Below are positions 1 to 9,933 of a DNA stretch of 64,000 nt, piece after piece. The notes under the pieces were generated by a model. The model was not told the DNA's origin. It was given only the letters and a program-made list of their open reading frames with translations, and made no database searches. A program made the translations under genes and the position numbers. Positions within the stretch are counted from its first letter, which is position 1. The number at the start of each line of letters is the position of its first letter. The stretch is from Bacteroidota bacterium (GTDB lineage: Bacteria; Bacteroidota; Bacteroidia; 2-12-FULL-35-15). The DNA is taken from NCBI GenBank assembly GCA_037131555.1, contig JBAXQU010000001.1, positions 1,490 to 65,489 of the forward strand. Reading direction: 5' to 3'.

Positions 1-389
1 TGAACGGTTAGTTGTAAAGCCGAAATAAGCGTTTGGCGCTGTTGCATCATCGCAATTTCTTCTGGCGAGGGCGGTGCTACTTTTAAAATAATATCAGCCT
101 TATACACCTCTTCAGCACTATACGCTATATGCGCTCCGGCTTCACTATAGTCGTTGTCTTGAAAATTTGCCATTTGCCCAGCATTAGTTTCAACCACAAC
201 TCGATGGCCATTGTTAACAAGAAGTGCCACAGCATCCGGCACTAGTGAAACTCTATTTTCTTGAAACGAAAGCTCTCTTGGAATACCAATATATAACTTC
301 CCCTTCTTTCTACCGACCTCCAACATCTCCTCCTGAGGCATCAGTGCAGTTTGGGTAAGTTCGGCCATTATTTGTTTCGAAGTTTTCAT
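1..389 (-). CDS. Alanine dehydrogenase/PNT family protein, N-terminal fragment (gene runs off the left edge)
   Basis: Hand translation of the minus strand from the ATG at 387-389 gives MKTSKQIMAELTQTALMPQEEMLEVGRKKGKLYIGIPRELSFQENRVSLVPDAVALLVNNGHRVVVETNAGQMANFQDNDYSEAGA..., which is typical of the AlaDH/PNT N-terminal domain. It is absent from the ORF track because no stop lies inside the window. Confidence 0.6.
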   Translation of the reverse strand, partial: MKTSKQIMAELTQTALMPQEEMLEVGRKKGKLYIGIPRELSFQENRVSLVPDAVALLVNNGHRVVVETNAGQMANFQDNDYSEAGAHIAYSAEEVYKADIILKVAPPSPEEIAMMQQRQTLISALQLTV

Positions 390-580
390 CAAGGAGAATG
401 TCTAAAATAATTAAACAAATTTAATGAAAATTATGGTCTCCTAATCAAAATATATAAGTTAGTTATCAAAGGGGGTATGTTAGTATTAGAAAAAACACTG
501 ATTTTTGTTCTAACAAATCTGTAACAAAAGTACTTTATCAGATAATGTTACTCTACTAGTTTAAGGGAATTTCGAGCGTA

Positions 581-1579
581 TTAACTTTCTACTACTTCGT
601 TTTCCGTATACTTCTTAACCACCTCATCCAGTAAATTGAGAATTTCAGCATGGTCGTATGTAGTGACTAACTTTAGACGCAATTCCTTAAAGTGTGGAAG
701 TCCTTTAAAATAGTTGGTATAATGTCTTCGCATTTCCACAATACCTGCATGATTAGATTTCCAACGCATTGAAAAATCGAGATGTTGTTTACAAACATTT
801 ACTCGTTCGATTATGCTAGGAGCCGACAAATGGTGACCCGTTTTTAAGAAATGTTTTATTTCGTTGAATATCCAAGGATAGCCTATACTTGCTCTGCCAA
901 TCATTATCCCATCCACACCAAATCGATCTTGCATAAGTTTAGCCTTTTCTGGAGAATCTACATCGCCATTTCCAAAAATTGGAATGGTAATTCGTGGATT
1001 ATTTTTGATTTCTCCAATCAAGGTCCAATCAGCCTCTCCTTTGTACATTTGAGACCGAGTACGACCGTGCACAGTGAGTGCTTGTATCCCAATATCCTGA
1101 AGTCTTTCGGCAACTTCATTGACATTCTTTGTAGAATCGTCCCAACCTAAGCGCGTCTTTACCGTTACTGGGCGATGTGCAATTTTTACAATCTCAGAAG
1201 TCATCTTCACCATTTTAGGAATATCCTGCAATAGCGCTGCTCCTGCTCCCCTGCAAGCAACTTGCTTTACAGGGCAACCATAATTGATGTCGATCAAATC
1301 AGGGTTCGCTTGGTCAGCAATTACTCCAGCCTCTCGCATCGAATCGATTTCGGACCCAAACAACTGTATTCCTATTGGTTTTTCGTATTCGAAGATATCT
1401 AGTTTCTGAAGACTTTTTTTCGCATCACGAATTAACCCTTCGGAAGAAATAAACTCTGTGTACATTAGGTCAGCGCCATTCTGTTTACAAACCGCCCTAA
1501 AAGGAGGATCGCTAACATCTTCCATTGGTGCTAATAACAAGGGGAAATCCCCTAACTCAATATTTCCTATTTTTACCAT
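581..1579 (-). CDS. dusB: tRNA-dihydrouridine synthase
   Basis: 332 aa with Dus family signatures (LAPMEDVSDPPFR, INYGCP, VKTRLGWD, HGRTR). Confidence 0.9.
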   Translation of the reverse strand: MVKIGNIELGDFPLLLAPMEDVSDPPFRAVCKQNGADLMYTEFISSEGLIRDAKKSLQKLDIFEYEKPIGIQLFGSEIDSMREAGVIADQANPDLIDINYGCPVKQVACRGAGAALLQDIPKMVKMTSEIVKIAHRPVTVKTRLGWDDSTKNVNEVAERLQDIGIQALTVHGRTRSQMYKGEADWTLIGEIKNNPRITIPIFGNGDVDSPEKAKLMQDRFGVDGIMIGRASIGYPWIFNEIKHFLKTGHHLSAPSIIERVNVCKQHLDFSMRWKSNHAGIVEMRRHYTNYFKGLPHFKELRLKLVTTYDHAEILNLLDEVVKKYTENEVVES

Positions 1580-1739
1580 TTAAATTCTAAGGTGATTTTA
1601 TCAAGTGACTCAAATAATAATGAAATAAGTGAGAATGATGAATTCTGATAGTTGTAATTATTCTGCACTCGAGAAATAAAAAATGGAATCCCAAAGTAAA
1701 TTAAGATTTGGATGATTCGCAAAGATTCGTAATTCGTAG

Positions 1740-1747
1740 TACATTTG
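1740..1747 (+). promoter_or_regulatory. Bacteroidota -7 promoter box TACATTTG
   Basis: Matches TAnnTTTG and lies 29 nt upstream of the ATG at 1777. This supports the internal start of the CPBP protease gene. Confidence 0.45.
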
Positions 1748-1776
1748 TGCAAAATTATCAAAAAATAACAAAAGCA

Positions 1777-2682
1777 ATGCAAAACTTAGACGAAGAACGT
1801 CATTCGTGGTTAAAACTATCCATTATTCTATTTGTATTAGTCTCTCTTGGGCTGCTTACCTACCTAGCGTCTCTATTGAATGTAAAAATCAACTATGATG
1901 ATGCTGACGAGATTTTTAAGATGAAGTTGGAACAATTAATAAGCGTTGTGATAATATTTATACTTCCTCCAATTCTATTCGCTATTTTTTGGACAAAAAA
2001 AGGAATACACTACCTTGGAATAACTCGTACACCAATCTTATCGACAGCATTATTGGCGGGATTGGGAATGCTTTTGGCAATGCCATTAATCAATTGGTTA
2101 GCAGAAATGAATCAAGGGATGCACTTGCCAGAAGCATTTAGAGGAATGGAAACTTGGATGAAAAGTAGTGAGGTACAAGCAGGAGAAATAACTGATGCTT
2201 TTACAAAAGGTACTTCAGTTGGCGTGTTAATACTAAATTTATTTGTCATTGCTTTTATGGCAGCTGTTAGCGAGGAATTGTTCTTTCGGGGGATGCTGCA
2301 AAAAGTGTTAATTGAATGTACAAGGAACAAACATATTGGTGTCTGGATAGGAGCAGCGCTCTTTAGTGCATTTCATATGCAGTTTTATGGCTTTGTTCCT
2401 CGTATGTTGATGGGGGCATATCTTGGATATTTATTTGTTTGGAGTGGGTCGCTATGGCCAGGTATGATTGCACATTTCATTAATAATGGGGTTGCTGTAT
2501 TCGCAGTTTGGTTGTCAAATAGAGGAGCAATAGGAGTTGATGCTGACAAAATTGGAAGTAATGATAATGAATGGGTCTTTGTTTTAACTAGCGCTTTATT
2601 AGTTGCCTTAAGTTTGGTATTAATTTACCGAAAAGAAAAGAAGAAGACTCAAGAAACACAATTATTGAATTCTAATGAGTAA
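1777..2682 (+). CDS. CPBP family intramembrane metalloprotease (CAAX protease-like)
   Basis: Multi-pass membrane protein with the motifs EELFFRG, FSAFH and HFINN. The start is moved to MQNLDEERH because a -7 box lies inside the longer ORF 1708..2682. Confidence 0.75.
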   Translation: MQNLDEERHSWLKLSIILFVLVSLGLLTYLASLLNVKINYDDADEIFKMKLEQLISVVIIFILPPILFAIFWTKKGIHYLGITRTPILSTALLAGLGMLLAMPLINWLAEMNQGMHLPEAFRGMETWMKSSEVQAGEITDAFTKGTSVGVLILNLFVIAFMAAVSEELFFRGMLQKVLIECTRNKHIGVWIGAALFSAFHMQFYGFVPRMLMGAYLGYLFVWSGSLWPGMIAHFINNGVAVFAVWLSNRGAIGVDADKIGSNDNEWVFVLTSALLVALSLVLIYRKEKKKTQETQLLNSNE

Positions 2683-4700
2683 TGATAATACCCAAGCAAG
2701 ATATAGATAAAATCTTTGAAGCCGCTCGTGTGGAGGAAGTGGTTGCCGATTACGTTACTTTAAAAAAAAGAGGTGTTAACCTAATTGGACTTTGTCCTTT
2801 TCATGATGAAAAAACTCCTTCTTTTTATGTTTCTCCTGCGAAAGGAATTTACAAGTGTTTTGGCTGTGGAAAGGGTGGGCACTCTGTCAATTTTCTGATG
2901 GAAAAAGAGCAAATGACCTATCCTGAGGCATTACGTCATCTTGCGAAAAAATACAATATTGAAATTTCTGAAGAAGTTCAAACTCCCGAACAGATTCAAA
3001 CAAATAATGATAGGGAGAGTTTGTTTGTTGTTTCCACCTACGCTCAAAAGAACTTTACTGAAAATTTATTTTCAACTGATGAAGGGAAATCTATAGGACT
3101 AGGTTATTTCAAAGAAAGAGGTTTTAGAGAAGACATCATTAATAAATTCCAACTTGGTTATAGTCTTAATACTCGCACAAGTTTTACTGACACCGCTTTA
3201 GCAAACGCTTATAAGTTCGAATATCTTGTTAAATCAGGACTCACCATAGAATATAAAAATGAAGAAGGAAATAATTCCGAAGTGTTGGAAGTCGAAAACC
3301 AAACTACCTCTCGGAAATATCTAGATCGCTTTTGGGGCAGAGTCATGTTTCCGATTCATAATATAAGTGGTCGTGTAATCGCGTTTGGTGGGAGAACATT
3401 GCGAACGGATAAAAAGACCGCTAAATACATCAACTCTCCTGAGACGGAAATTTATCACAAAAGTGATGTCCTGTACGGTATCTTTTTCGCGAAGAAGGAA
3501 ATAATTCATCAGGATAATTGTTTCCTTGTAGAGGGTTACACGGATGTAATCTCGATGCATCAAGCGGGAATTGAAAATGTGGTGGCTAGCAGTGGTACCT
3601 CATTAACGGTAGGGCAGATAAAACTTATTAGGAGATTTTCTAATAATATCACCATATTATATGATGGAGATAGTGCAGGAATAAAAGCAAGTTTTAGAGG
3701 GATTGATTTAATTCTTGAAGAAGGAATGAATGTAAAGGTCCTGTTATTTCCTGATGGAGATGATCCTGATTCATTTTCAAAACGAGTTACTACGGATGAA
3801 TTGAAAAAATTCATCAAGGACAATTCGCGAGATTTTATCTCATTTAAGACAAACCTTTTAATGATTGAGGTTAAAGACGACCCAATAAAAAAAGCTGAAT
3901 TGATAAAAGAGATAGTTGAAAGTATAGCTTTGATTCCAGAGGCAATCTACCGTTCCGTTTATATAAAAGAATGTTCTAGAATCATGGAATTGGAGGAGAC
4001 TATTCTATTGAATGAATTAAACAAAATTCGGAGCAAAAAATTCAATGAAAGAAAAATTCAATCTGCAGTACAGGAAAAAATTCCAGAATTCGTTCCTAAT
4101 GAAGGGCTACTTGAAACTGATAAAAGAGCTATTTCCTATCTCGATTCAGAACATCAAGAACGAGACATTATACGAATTCTAATAAATTATGGTCATAAAA
4201 TAGTACAAATAGACAGCGAGGATGTTGACGAATCCGAGCGACCTCTTCAACTTGACATTAGTATCGCTGAATTAATAAGGCATGAACTGGAGAAAGATGA
4301 TATTATACTAGAAAATAAGTTGTACAAAAGTATATTTGACGAATTTGTTCATCAGATTGATCAAAGTAATATTCCGGAATCTAATTTTTTCACCAATCAC
4401 CCGAATCAGGAAATTAGTACTTTAGCAATAGACTTGATTTCAAATCCTTATTTTCTATCGGACTGGGAAAAACACAGTATATTTATTACAAAAGAGGAAG
4501 AAATTTTAAAGCATTCATTGAACAATGCAATATATTCATTAAAAAGCAGAAGGCTAGAGATGATGATCGGAGATATTCAAAAAAAGTTGAAAGAAAATCT
4601 TCCTGAAGATGAAGTTACAAAATTAATGCAGACACAATTTTATTTACTTCAAGCAAAAAAGGAGTTTAATAAATTGTTAGGAAGAATAGTAGTGAAATAA
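2682..4700 (+). CDS. dnaG: DNA primase
   Basis: 672 aa with an N-terminal zinc ribbon (CPFHDEKTPSFYVSPAKGIYKCFGCGKGG) and a TOPRIM region (EGYTDV, YDGDSAG). Confidence 0.92.
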   Translation: MIIPKQDIDKIFEAARVEEVVADYVTLKKRGVNLIGLCPFHDEKTPSFYVSPAKGIYKCFGCGKGGHSVNFLMEKEQMTYPEALRHLAKKYNIEISEEVQTPEQIQTNNDRESLFVVSTYAQKNFTENLFSTDEGKSIGLGYFKERGFREDIINKFQLGYSLNTRTSFTDTALANAYKFEYLVKSGLTIEYKNEEGNNSEVLEVENQTTSRKYLDRFWGRVMFPIHNISGRVIAFGGRTLRTDKKTAKYINSPETEIYHKSDVLYGIFFAKKEIIHQDNCFLVEGYTDVISMHQAGIENVVASSGTSLTVGQIKLIRRFSNNITILYDGDSAGIKASFRGIDLILEEGMNVKVLLFPDGDDPDSFSKRVTTDELKKFIKDNSRDFISFKTNLLMIEVKDDPIKKAELIKEIVESIALIPEAIYRSVYIKECSRIMELEETILLNELNKIRSKKFNERKIQSAVQEKIPEFVPNEGLLETDKRAISYLDSEHQERDIIRILINYGHKIVQIDSEDVDESERPLQLDISIAELIRHELEKDDIILENKLYKSIFDEFVHQIDQSNIPESNFFTNHPNQEISTLAIDLISNPYFLSDWEKHSIFITKEEEILKHSLNNAIYSLKSRRLEMMIGDIQKKLKENLPEDEVTKLMQTQFYLLQAKKEFNKLLGRIVVK

Positions 4701-4738
4701 TTTTTCCTTTTTTTTTACTAAAAATGCAATTCATTTCC

Positions 4739-4746
4739 TACTTTTG
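4739..4746 (+). promoter_or_regulatory. -7 promoter box TACTTTTG
   Basis: TAnnTTTG match 28 nt upstream of the ssb ATG. Confidence 0.45.
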
Positions 4747-4774
4747 CTAAAGTATTCATTAAAACAAAATCAAA

Positions 4775-5185
4775 ATGGCAGGAATTAACAAAGTAATTTT
4801 GGTGGGTAATTTAGGAAAGGACCCCGAAGTACGTCACCTAGAAGGAGGTGCAAGTGTAGCAAGTTTTTCATTAGCTACATCTGAGGTTTTCAAAGACAAA
4901 AGTGGTAATCGAAAAGAACAGACCGAATGGCATAATATTGTTGTTTGGAGAGGACTAGCCGATATCGCTGAAAAGTATTTGAGAAAAGGTATGACAATTT
5001 ACTTGGAAGGAAAAATACGATCGCGTTCGTATGATAAAGATGGTGCGAAGCATTACATCACTGAGATTGTCGCAGATTCATTCACCATGCTTGGCAAAAA
5101 AGAAAACAATCAATCTAATCCAATTGATGATATTGGAGATGCTTCAGATAGTAACATTAATGGCTCTGATGGTCTTCCTTTTTAG
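4775..5185 (+). CDS. ssb: Single-stranded DNA-binding protein
   Basis: 136 aa with an OB fold (NKVILVGNLGKDPE, TEWHNIVVW) and an acidic C-terminal tip ending DGLPF. Confidence 0.92.
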   Translation: MAGINKVILVGNLGKDPEVRHLEGGASVASFSLATSEVFKDKSGNRKEQTEWHNIVVWRGLADIAEKYLRKGMTIYLEGKIRSRSYDKDGAKHYITEIVADSFTMLGKKENNQSNPIDDIGDASDSNINGSDGLPF

Positions 5186-5196
5186 TAATTAAATAA

Positions 5197-5246
5197 AAAT
5201 GTTTGATGATTAGTCTGCAAGATTAATTATCAAACATTTTATTTTA
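5197..5246 (+). terminator. Putative intrinsic terminator after ssb
   Basis: 11-bp inverted arms (aaatgtttgat / atcaaacattt) followed by a T-rich run. Confidence 0.45.
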
Positions 5247-5260
5247 AAAATCTATCCACA

Positions 5261-6610
5261 TTGCCTACACTTCTTATTCACATTTTATACTATCAGACTT
5301 CCCTTCTTGCTATTTTCGTGAAACCTTTTTCGGTAGGCATAGTGATTTCATTGATATCAATGTTCGCTCTGCTTTTAATAGTTTCAATAGTGTCTGCTGC
5401 GGAGTCTGCCTTCTTTTCACTTACTCCATCTGATATGGAAGATCTAAAAATTTCAGGAAATGAGATAGATGAAAGCATTTTGAAGCTTGTAGGTGCTCCC
5501 AAAAGATTATTAGCCACTCTACTAATAAGTATCAATTTTATTAATATCGCAATTGTGGTGCTTTCAACTTTGGTGATGGAAGAGATATTTGAATTCACCC
5601 CAGAAAGCCATTTATTAGGTTTTGTCATTCAAGTTGTAGTAGTAACATTTCTAATTTTATTAATTGGAGAAGTAATACCAAAAATATATGCCACACAGAA
5701 TCCTTTGAGCTCAGCGCGTTTTCTATTTTTATTGGTTCAATTTCTTCAAAAAATATTTTATCCTATTAGTTCTTTTTTAATCTTTTCAACTTCATTGCTA
5801 GACAAGTTGATCATTCCAAAATCTCATAATATTTCCGTAGATGAATTATCACAAGCATTGGATCTCACCTCAGACAATGAAATACCTGTAGAAGATCATA
5901 AGATACTAAAAGGGATTGTAAAATTTGGCAGCACTGATGTGAAACAAATTATGAAATCAAGGATGGATGTTGTTGCCTTTGATTCAATCCATGAGTTTGA
6001 AAAACTTCTCACAGACATTACGAATAGTGGGTTTTCACGTGTGCCGATTTACAAGGAAAAACTTGATAATATTGTAGGAGTTTTGTACGCAAAAGATTTA
6101 CTTCAGTATAAGAACGAAAAAAAAGGTTTTAATTGGCAGTCAATAATAAGGCCGCCATTTTTTGTTCCTGAGAATAAAAAAATTGATGATTTACTCCGTG
6201 AATTTCAATCGAAGAAAATTCATCTAGCTGTTGTAGTTGATGAATATGGTGGCACATCAGGCATAGTAACTTTAGAGGATGTCATTGAAGAAATTGTAGG
6301 TGAAATAAATGATGAATTTGACGATGATGATTTGGTTTATTCTAAACTTGATGAAAATAACTTTGTTTTTGAAGGGAAAGCGCATTTGAATGATGTATAT
6401 CGAATTTTGGAAATTGATGGGGAGGCATTTGAAGAAGTAAAAGGCGAAGCTGATACCTTAGCGGGTTTAATCATTGAAATAGAAGGAAGGATACCTACAA
6501 GGAACGAAACAATTCAATTCAACAATTTATTATTTACCATAGAATCTGCAGATAATAGAAAGTTAAAAAGAGTAAAAATATCAATTCAAAAAGACAATGA
6601 AAAATTTTAA
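5261..6610 (+). CDS. gldE: Gliding motility-associated protein GldE (DUF21-CBS-CorC/HlyC family)
   Basis: N-terminal multi-TM DUF21 region, CBS pair and CorC_HlyC C-terminal domain. The ssb-gldE-gldD gene order matches that described for Flavobacterium johnsoniae. The track start is a TTG, so the true start is uncertain. Confidence 0.75.
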   Translation: MPTLLIHILYYQTSLLAIFVKPFSVGIVISLISMFALLLIVSIVSAAESAFFSLTPSDMEDLKISGNEIDESILKLVGAPKRLLATLLISINFINIAIVVLSTLVMEEIFEFTPESHLLGFVIQVVVVTFLILLIGEVIPKIYATQNPLSSARFLFLLVQFLQKIFYPISSFLIFSTSLLDKLIIPKSHNISVDELSQALDLTSDNEIPVEDHKILKGIVKFGSTDVKQIMKSRMDVVAFDSIHEFEKLLTDITNSGFSRVPIYKEKLDNIVGVLYAKDLLQYKNEKKGFNWQSIIRPPFFVPENKKIDDLLREFQSKKIHLAVVVDEYGGTSGIVTLEDVIEEIVGEINDEFDDDDLVYSKLDENNFVFEGKAHLNDVYRILEIDGEAFEEVKGEADTLAGLIIEIEGRIPTRNETIQFNNLLFTIESADNRKLKRVKISIQKDNEKF

Positions 6611-7241
6611 CATTCCTTTTTTTCTAGTGATTTTTTCTTTCTTTCAATTTACGTCTTGCTCTGATGACGATGTTACAGTTCCAAAACCAAAAGCTTATTT
6701 CCGATTATCCCTTCCTGAAAAAAAATATGAAAAATATGATGCTAGTTGTCCATTTACATTTGAAATCCCTTCTTATTCAAAGATGGAAAATGATAAAAAT
6801 GCGAACGCAGAACCGTGTTGGTTAAATTTGAATTTCCAAATGTTCAATGGGACATTACACCTTAGTTATAAATCGGTCAGTAATAACATTTCTGGGTACT
6901 TACAAGACACGTATACCTTAGCTGCAAAACACCAAATCAAGGCATCTGGTATTGAAGAACAACAAATTTCAAAACCTAAAAGTAATGTGTACGGTTTGGT
7001 GTATGAGATTGAAGGCAATGCAGCCTCATCAATTCAATTTTTTCTGACTGACAGTACAAAACATTTTATCCGAGGGGCTTTGTATTTTAACGCAGTACCA
7101 AACACTGATTCAATTAAACCTGTCCTAACGTTCATTAGAAAAGATATTTACCGACTTATCGAAACATTTGAATGGAAGGAAGACGATACCTCAAACTTCT
7201 TTGCGAAGAGTATGAATAAAAAACAAACAAGAAGCAAATAA
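6597..7241 (+). CDS. gldD: Gliding motility lipoprotein GldD
   Basis: About 214-aa lipoprotein (signal peptide ending FTSC). It overlaps the gldE stop by 14 nt, and PKPKAYFRLSLPEKKYEKY resembles the GldD N-terminus. Confidence 0.65.
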   Translation: MKNFNIPFFLVIFSFFQFTSCSDDDVTVPKPKAYFRLSLPEKKYEKYDASCPFTFEIPSYSKMENDKNANAEPCWLNLNFQMFNGTLHLSYKSVSNNISGYLQDTYTLAAKHQIKASGIEEQQISKPKSNVYGLVYEIEGNAASSIQFFLTDSTKHFIRGALYFNAVPNTDSIKPVLTFIRKDIYRLIETFEWKEDDTSNFFAKSMNKKQTRSK

Positions 7242-8213
7242 AAAGAAGGCCCCTGTTTGGTGCAGAACTCCTAAAACTACAGGAACCGCATAAAGAATTG
7301 TTAGTACACCTAAAAGAAATTGAACTGTTACAACACCTAAAATAAAATTAGATGCTTTTCTTTGAAGTTGTGAAGTTTCAGAACATCTAACACTCTCCCA
7401 AACATACAAAACGATGGCGAGAACCAAAAAAGCAAGAACTCGATGTATGAATTGTACTCCAGATGGATTCGCGACAAAGTTCTTATAAAATGGTTCAAAA
7501 GAAACAATGGTGTCTGGAAACAATTTATTTCCCATTTTTGGAAAGCTATTATAAAACAAACCAGCTTTTAATCCTGCTACAAAAGCCCCATAAATTATCT
7601 GAAAAATAATTAATGAAAGCATAATTATAGACAACCGATTAAGTTGTCTGTTCATTTTATTTATTCCTACAGCCTTAGGATAAAGCAAATCTAAAGCATA
7701 CCAAAAGGTAAAGCCAAATACTGTGAATGCTGAAATTAGATGTGCGGCTAACCGATAATGACTGACATGAGGTTCCTTTTGTAAACCACTATATACCATG
7801 TACCATCCCAAAACACCTTGTAAACCACCTAACAATAATAGAGTCAACATTTTTTTAAGTAAGTCTTTTGAGAAACGCTTTTGAATCCAGAAATATAAAA
7901 AAGGAATAACAAACACCAATCCAATGGTTCGTCCTAAAAATCGGTGAATATACTCCCACCAATATATGGACTTGAATTCATCTAGTGAAAATTGATTGTT
8001 TATTATCTTGTATTCAGGAGTTTGTTTATACTTCTCAAAGGGTATTTGCCAATCAGTATCTGAGAGTGGAGGAATGGAACCAATAATTGGATTCCATTCA
8101 ACCATTGATAACCCAGAATGAGTAAGTCGAGTTATGCCTCCAATGACAACCATTAAATAAATAAGAACACAGCCAAGAAGAAGCCAAATGATTATTGGTT
8201 TATTATTTTTCAT
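7191..8213 (-). CDS. ctaA: Haem A synthase (COX15/CtaA family)
   Basis: Eight-TM protein with conserved His pairs (YIHRFLG, HRLAAHL, FIHRVLA, LHQTGA) and GGITRLTHSGLSMVEW. The ATG at 8213 is preferred over the TTG at 8249. It overlaps the gldD 3' end convergently by 51 nt. Confidence 0.75.
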   Translation of the reverse strand: MKNNKPIIIWLLLGCVLIYLMVVIGGITRLTHSGLSMVEWNPIIGSIPPLSDTDWQIPFEKYKQTPEYKIINNQFSLDEFKSIYWWEYIHRFLGRTIGLVFVIPFLYFWIQKRFSKDLLKKMLTLLLLGGLQGVLGWYMVYSGLQKEPHVSHYRLAAHLISAFTVFGFTFWYALDLLYPKAVGINKMNRQLNRLSIIMLSLIIFQIIYGAFVAGLKAGLFYNSFPKMGNKLFPDTIVSFEPFYKNFVANPSGVQFIHRVLAFLVLAIVLYVWESVRCSETSQLQRKASNFILGVVTVQFLLGVLTILYAVPVVLGVLHQTGAFFLFASCLFFIHTLRKEV

Positions 8214-8251
8214 CCAGTTAAAGTAAAAAAAGTTTGAATACCTATACAATT

Positions 8252-8782
8252 CTAAGGATTTGTGACTTCATCTGAATAAACCCAATCGCTATAATGATTG
8301 GCTCTATCACGCATTATTATTGCAAGTCTAAATGCTGCATTTTGCAAAGGGACTAAAGGATAAAATGGAAATAATGGCTCGCCTCTCAATTGGATTTTTA
8401 TCTCCCCTTCAAGAGCTTTGAATTGTCCTTGCGGAGTGATATCTGGTATCCTGTATGGAAAATTAAGAGTATCAAAACCACTTGTGGTGGAATTATCATA
8501 TGGATGAAATTTACCATCAATGCCTTTGAATTGATACACTACCTTTAAATCTGGTATTGGATCAGTTGAAGAAACTCCTATATCACCATCACCATCAGTG
8601 AATTTGATCGTGCAGTCTATTCCAGAAAGGGTAGTAAGACCATCAGATGTAGAAACCATTTTGTTTGTAATCTCTTTAAAAGTAATCACAGGAGCCAAAG
8701 GGAAGTTTTTCTCTTTAACACAAGATGAAATAAAAGCAATCAAAATGAAAAGAATAAATAATATAGAAAATTGATTTTTCAT
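8252..8782 (-). CDS. Hypothetical lipoprotein
   Basis: Signal peptide with lipobox-like FISSC. No recognisable domain. Confidence 0.45.
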   Translation of the reverse strand: MKNQFSILFILFILIAFISSCVKEKNFPLAPVITFKEITNKMVSTSDGLTTLSGIDCTIKFTDGDGDIGVSSTDPIPDLKVVYQFKGIDGKFHPYDNSTTSGFDTLNFPYRIPDITPQGQFKALEGEIKIQLRGEPLFPFYPLVPLQNAAFRLAIIMRDRANHYSDWVYSDEVTNP

Positions 8783-8873
8783 TGCTCGAATTAGGACCAT
8801 AAAGGTAGTTATTTTTTTATTTCAAAAATAGAGTTTATTTCTCTATCTTTTTAGTAAGTTTGTAAAATTAACC

Positions 8874-9887
8874 ATGAAACCTGCAACAGAAAATATATTT
8901 TCTATCTCGAATGATTCTCAATTCAAACATAAAACTCTTGAAATTTTCCATTATCAAGCAAAGGATTGTGAAGTTTACAATAGATATATTAATACCCTCA
9001 AAATTGATATAGATAAAGTTTCGGAAATAGACCAAATACCCTTCTTACCGATTGAATTTTTCAAAACACATACCATACTTAGTTCAACAAAAAATTCAAA
9101 TTCAGAATTAGTTACGTTTACAAGTAGTGGCACCACTCATGATAACCCAAGCTGTCACTATGTTAAGGAAGTTTCTATTTATGAAAAGAGCTATCTTAAA
9201 TGTTTTGAGTTGTTCTATGGTAACATTAAAGAGTACACAATATTTGCTTTACTTCCATCGTATCTAGAACGAAATGGCTCCTCATTAATTCATATGGTGA
9301 ATGATTTAATCGATAAATCAGAAAGTGAATTAAGTAAATTTTATTTGAACGATACAGAGGAGTTGATTAAGTCACTAATGACAACAGAAGAAGTTCACGG
9401 CCAATTTAAAAACGAGAACAAAAAAAACATCTTGATTGGTGTCACTTATGCACTCTTAGATTTAGTTGAAAAATATGAATTTTCCTTAAAAAACACTATC
9501 ATAATGGAAACAGGAGGAATGAAAGGCAAACGCAAAGAACTAGTAAAACAGGAATTGCACTTTATTCTTAAAAGCAGATTTGGTGTATCAGAGATTCATA
9601 GTGAATACGGGATGACTGAGCTTCTTTCGCAAGCTTATTCCAAGGGGAACGGCTTATTTGTTTGTCCTCCGTGGATGAAGGTTTTGATTAGGGATATTAA
9701 TGACCCTCTTAGTATTTTACCTTGTCTTAAAACAGGAGGAATAAATGTGATTGATTTGGCTAATATCCATTCTTGCTCATTTATTGCAACTCAAGACTTG
9801 GGGATAATATATGAAGATGGAAGTTTCGAAGTGATTGGGCGCTTTGACAATAGTGACATCAGAGGTTGCAATTTATTAGTTAGTTAG
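8874..9887 (+). CDS. LuxE/PaaK-like acyl-protein synthetase family protein
   Basis: 337 aa with adenylate-forming-like motifs (TSSGTT, ETGGMKGKRKE). Resembles the LuxE-type acyltransferases common in Bacteroidota. Confidence 0.5.
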   Translation: MKPATENIFSISNDSQFKHKTLEIFHYQAKDCEVYNRYINTLKIDIDKVSEIDQIPFLPIEFFKTHTILSSTKNSNSELVTFTSSGTTHDNPSCHYVKEVSIYEKSYLKCFELFYGNIKEYTIFALLPSYLERNGSSLIHMVNDLIDKSESELSKFYLNDTEELIKSLMTTEEVHGQFKNENKKNILIGVTYALLDLVEKYEFSLKNTIIMETGGMKGKRKELVKQELHFILKSRFGVSEIHSEYGMTELLSQAYSKGNGLFVCPPWMKVLIRDINDPLSILPCLKTGGINVIDLANIHSCSFIATQDLGIIYEDGSFEVIGRFDNSDIRGCNLLVS

Positions 9888-9933
9888 AAATACCAAAACA
9901 AAAATCAAAGCATCAATAGGGAATTGTGTTTAA

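Noticed and set aside
851-1150. Numerous antisense or embedded ORFs inside well-supported genes, for example 851..1150, 2112..2330, 3321..3823, 11855..12907, 15921..16661, 18315..19222, 21769..22153, 22959..23652, 48025..49932, 52038..52280 and 58067..59218
   Set aside because: Each is fully contained within, and opposite to or out of frame with, a long ORF that has clear family signatures. Their compositions are typical of mirror frames.
7191-7241. The 51-nt convergent overlap of gldD and ctaA as a regulatory feature
   Set aside because: It is most simply explained by an uncertain true stop or by a poorly conserved C-terminal extension of gldD. No structure or motif was seen in the overlap.
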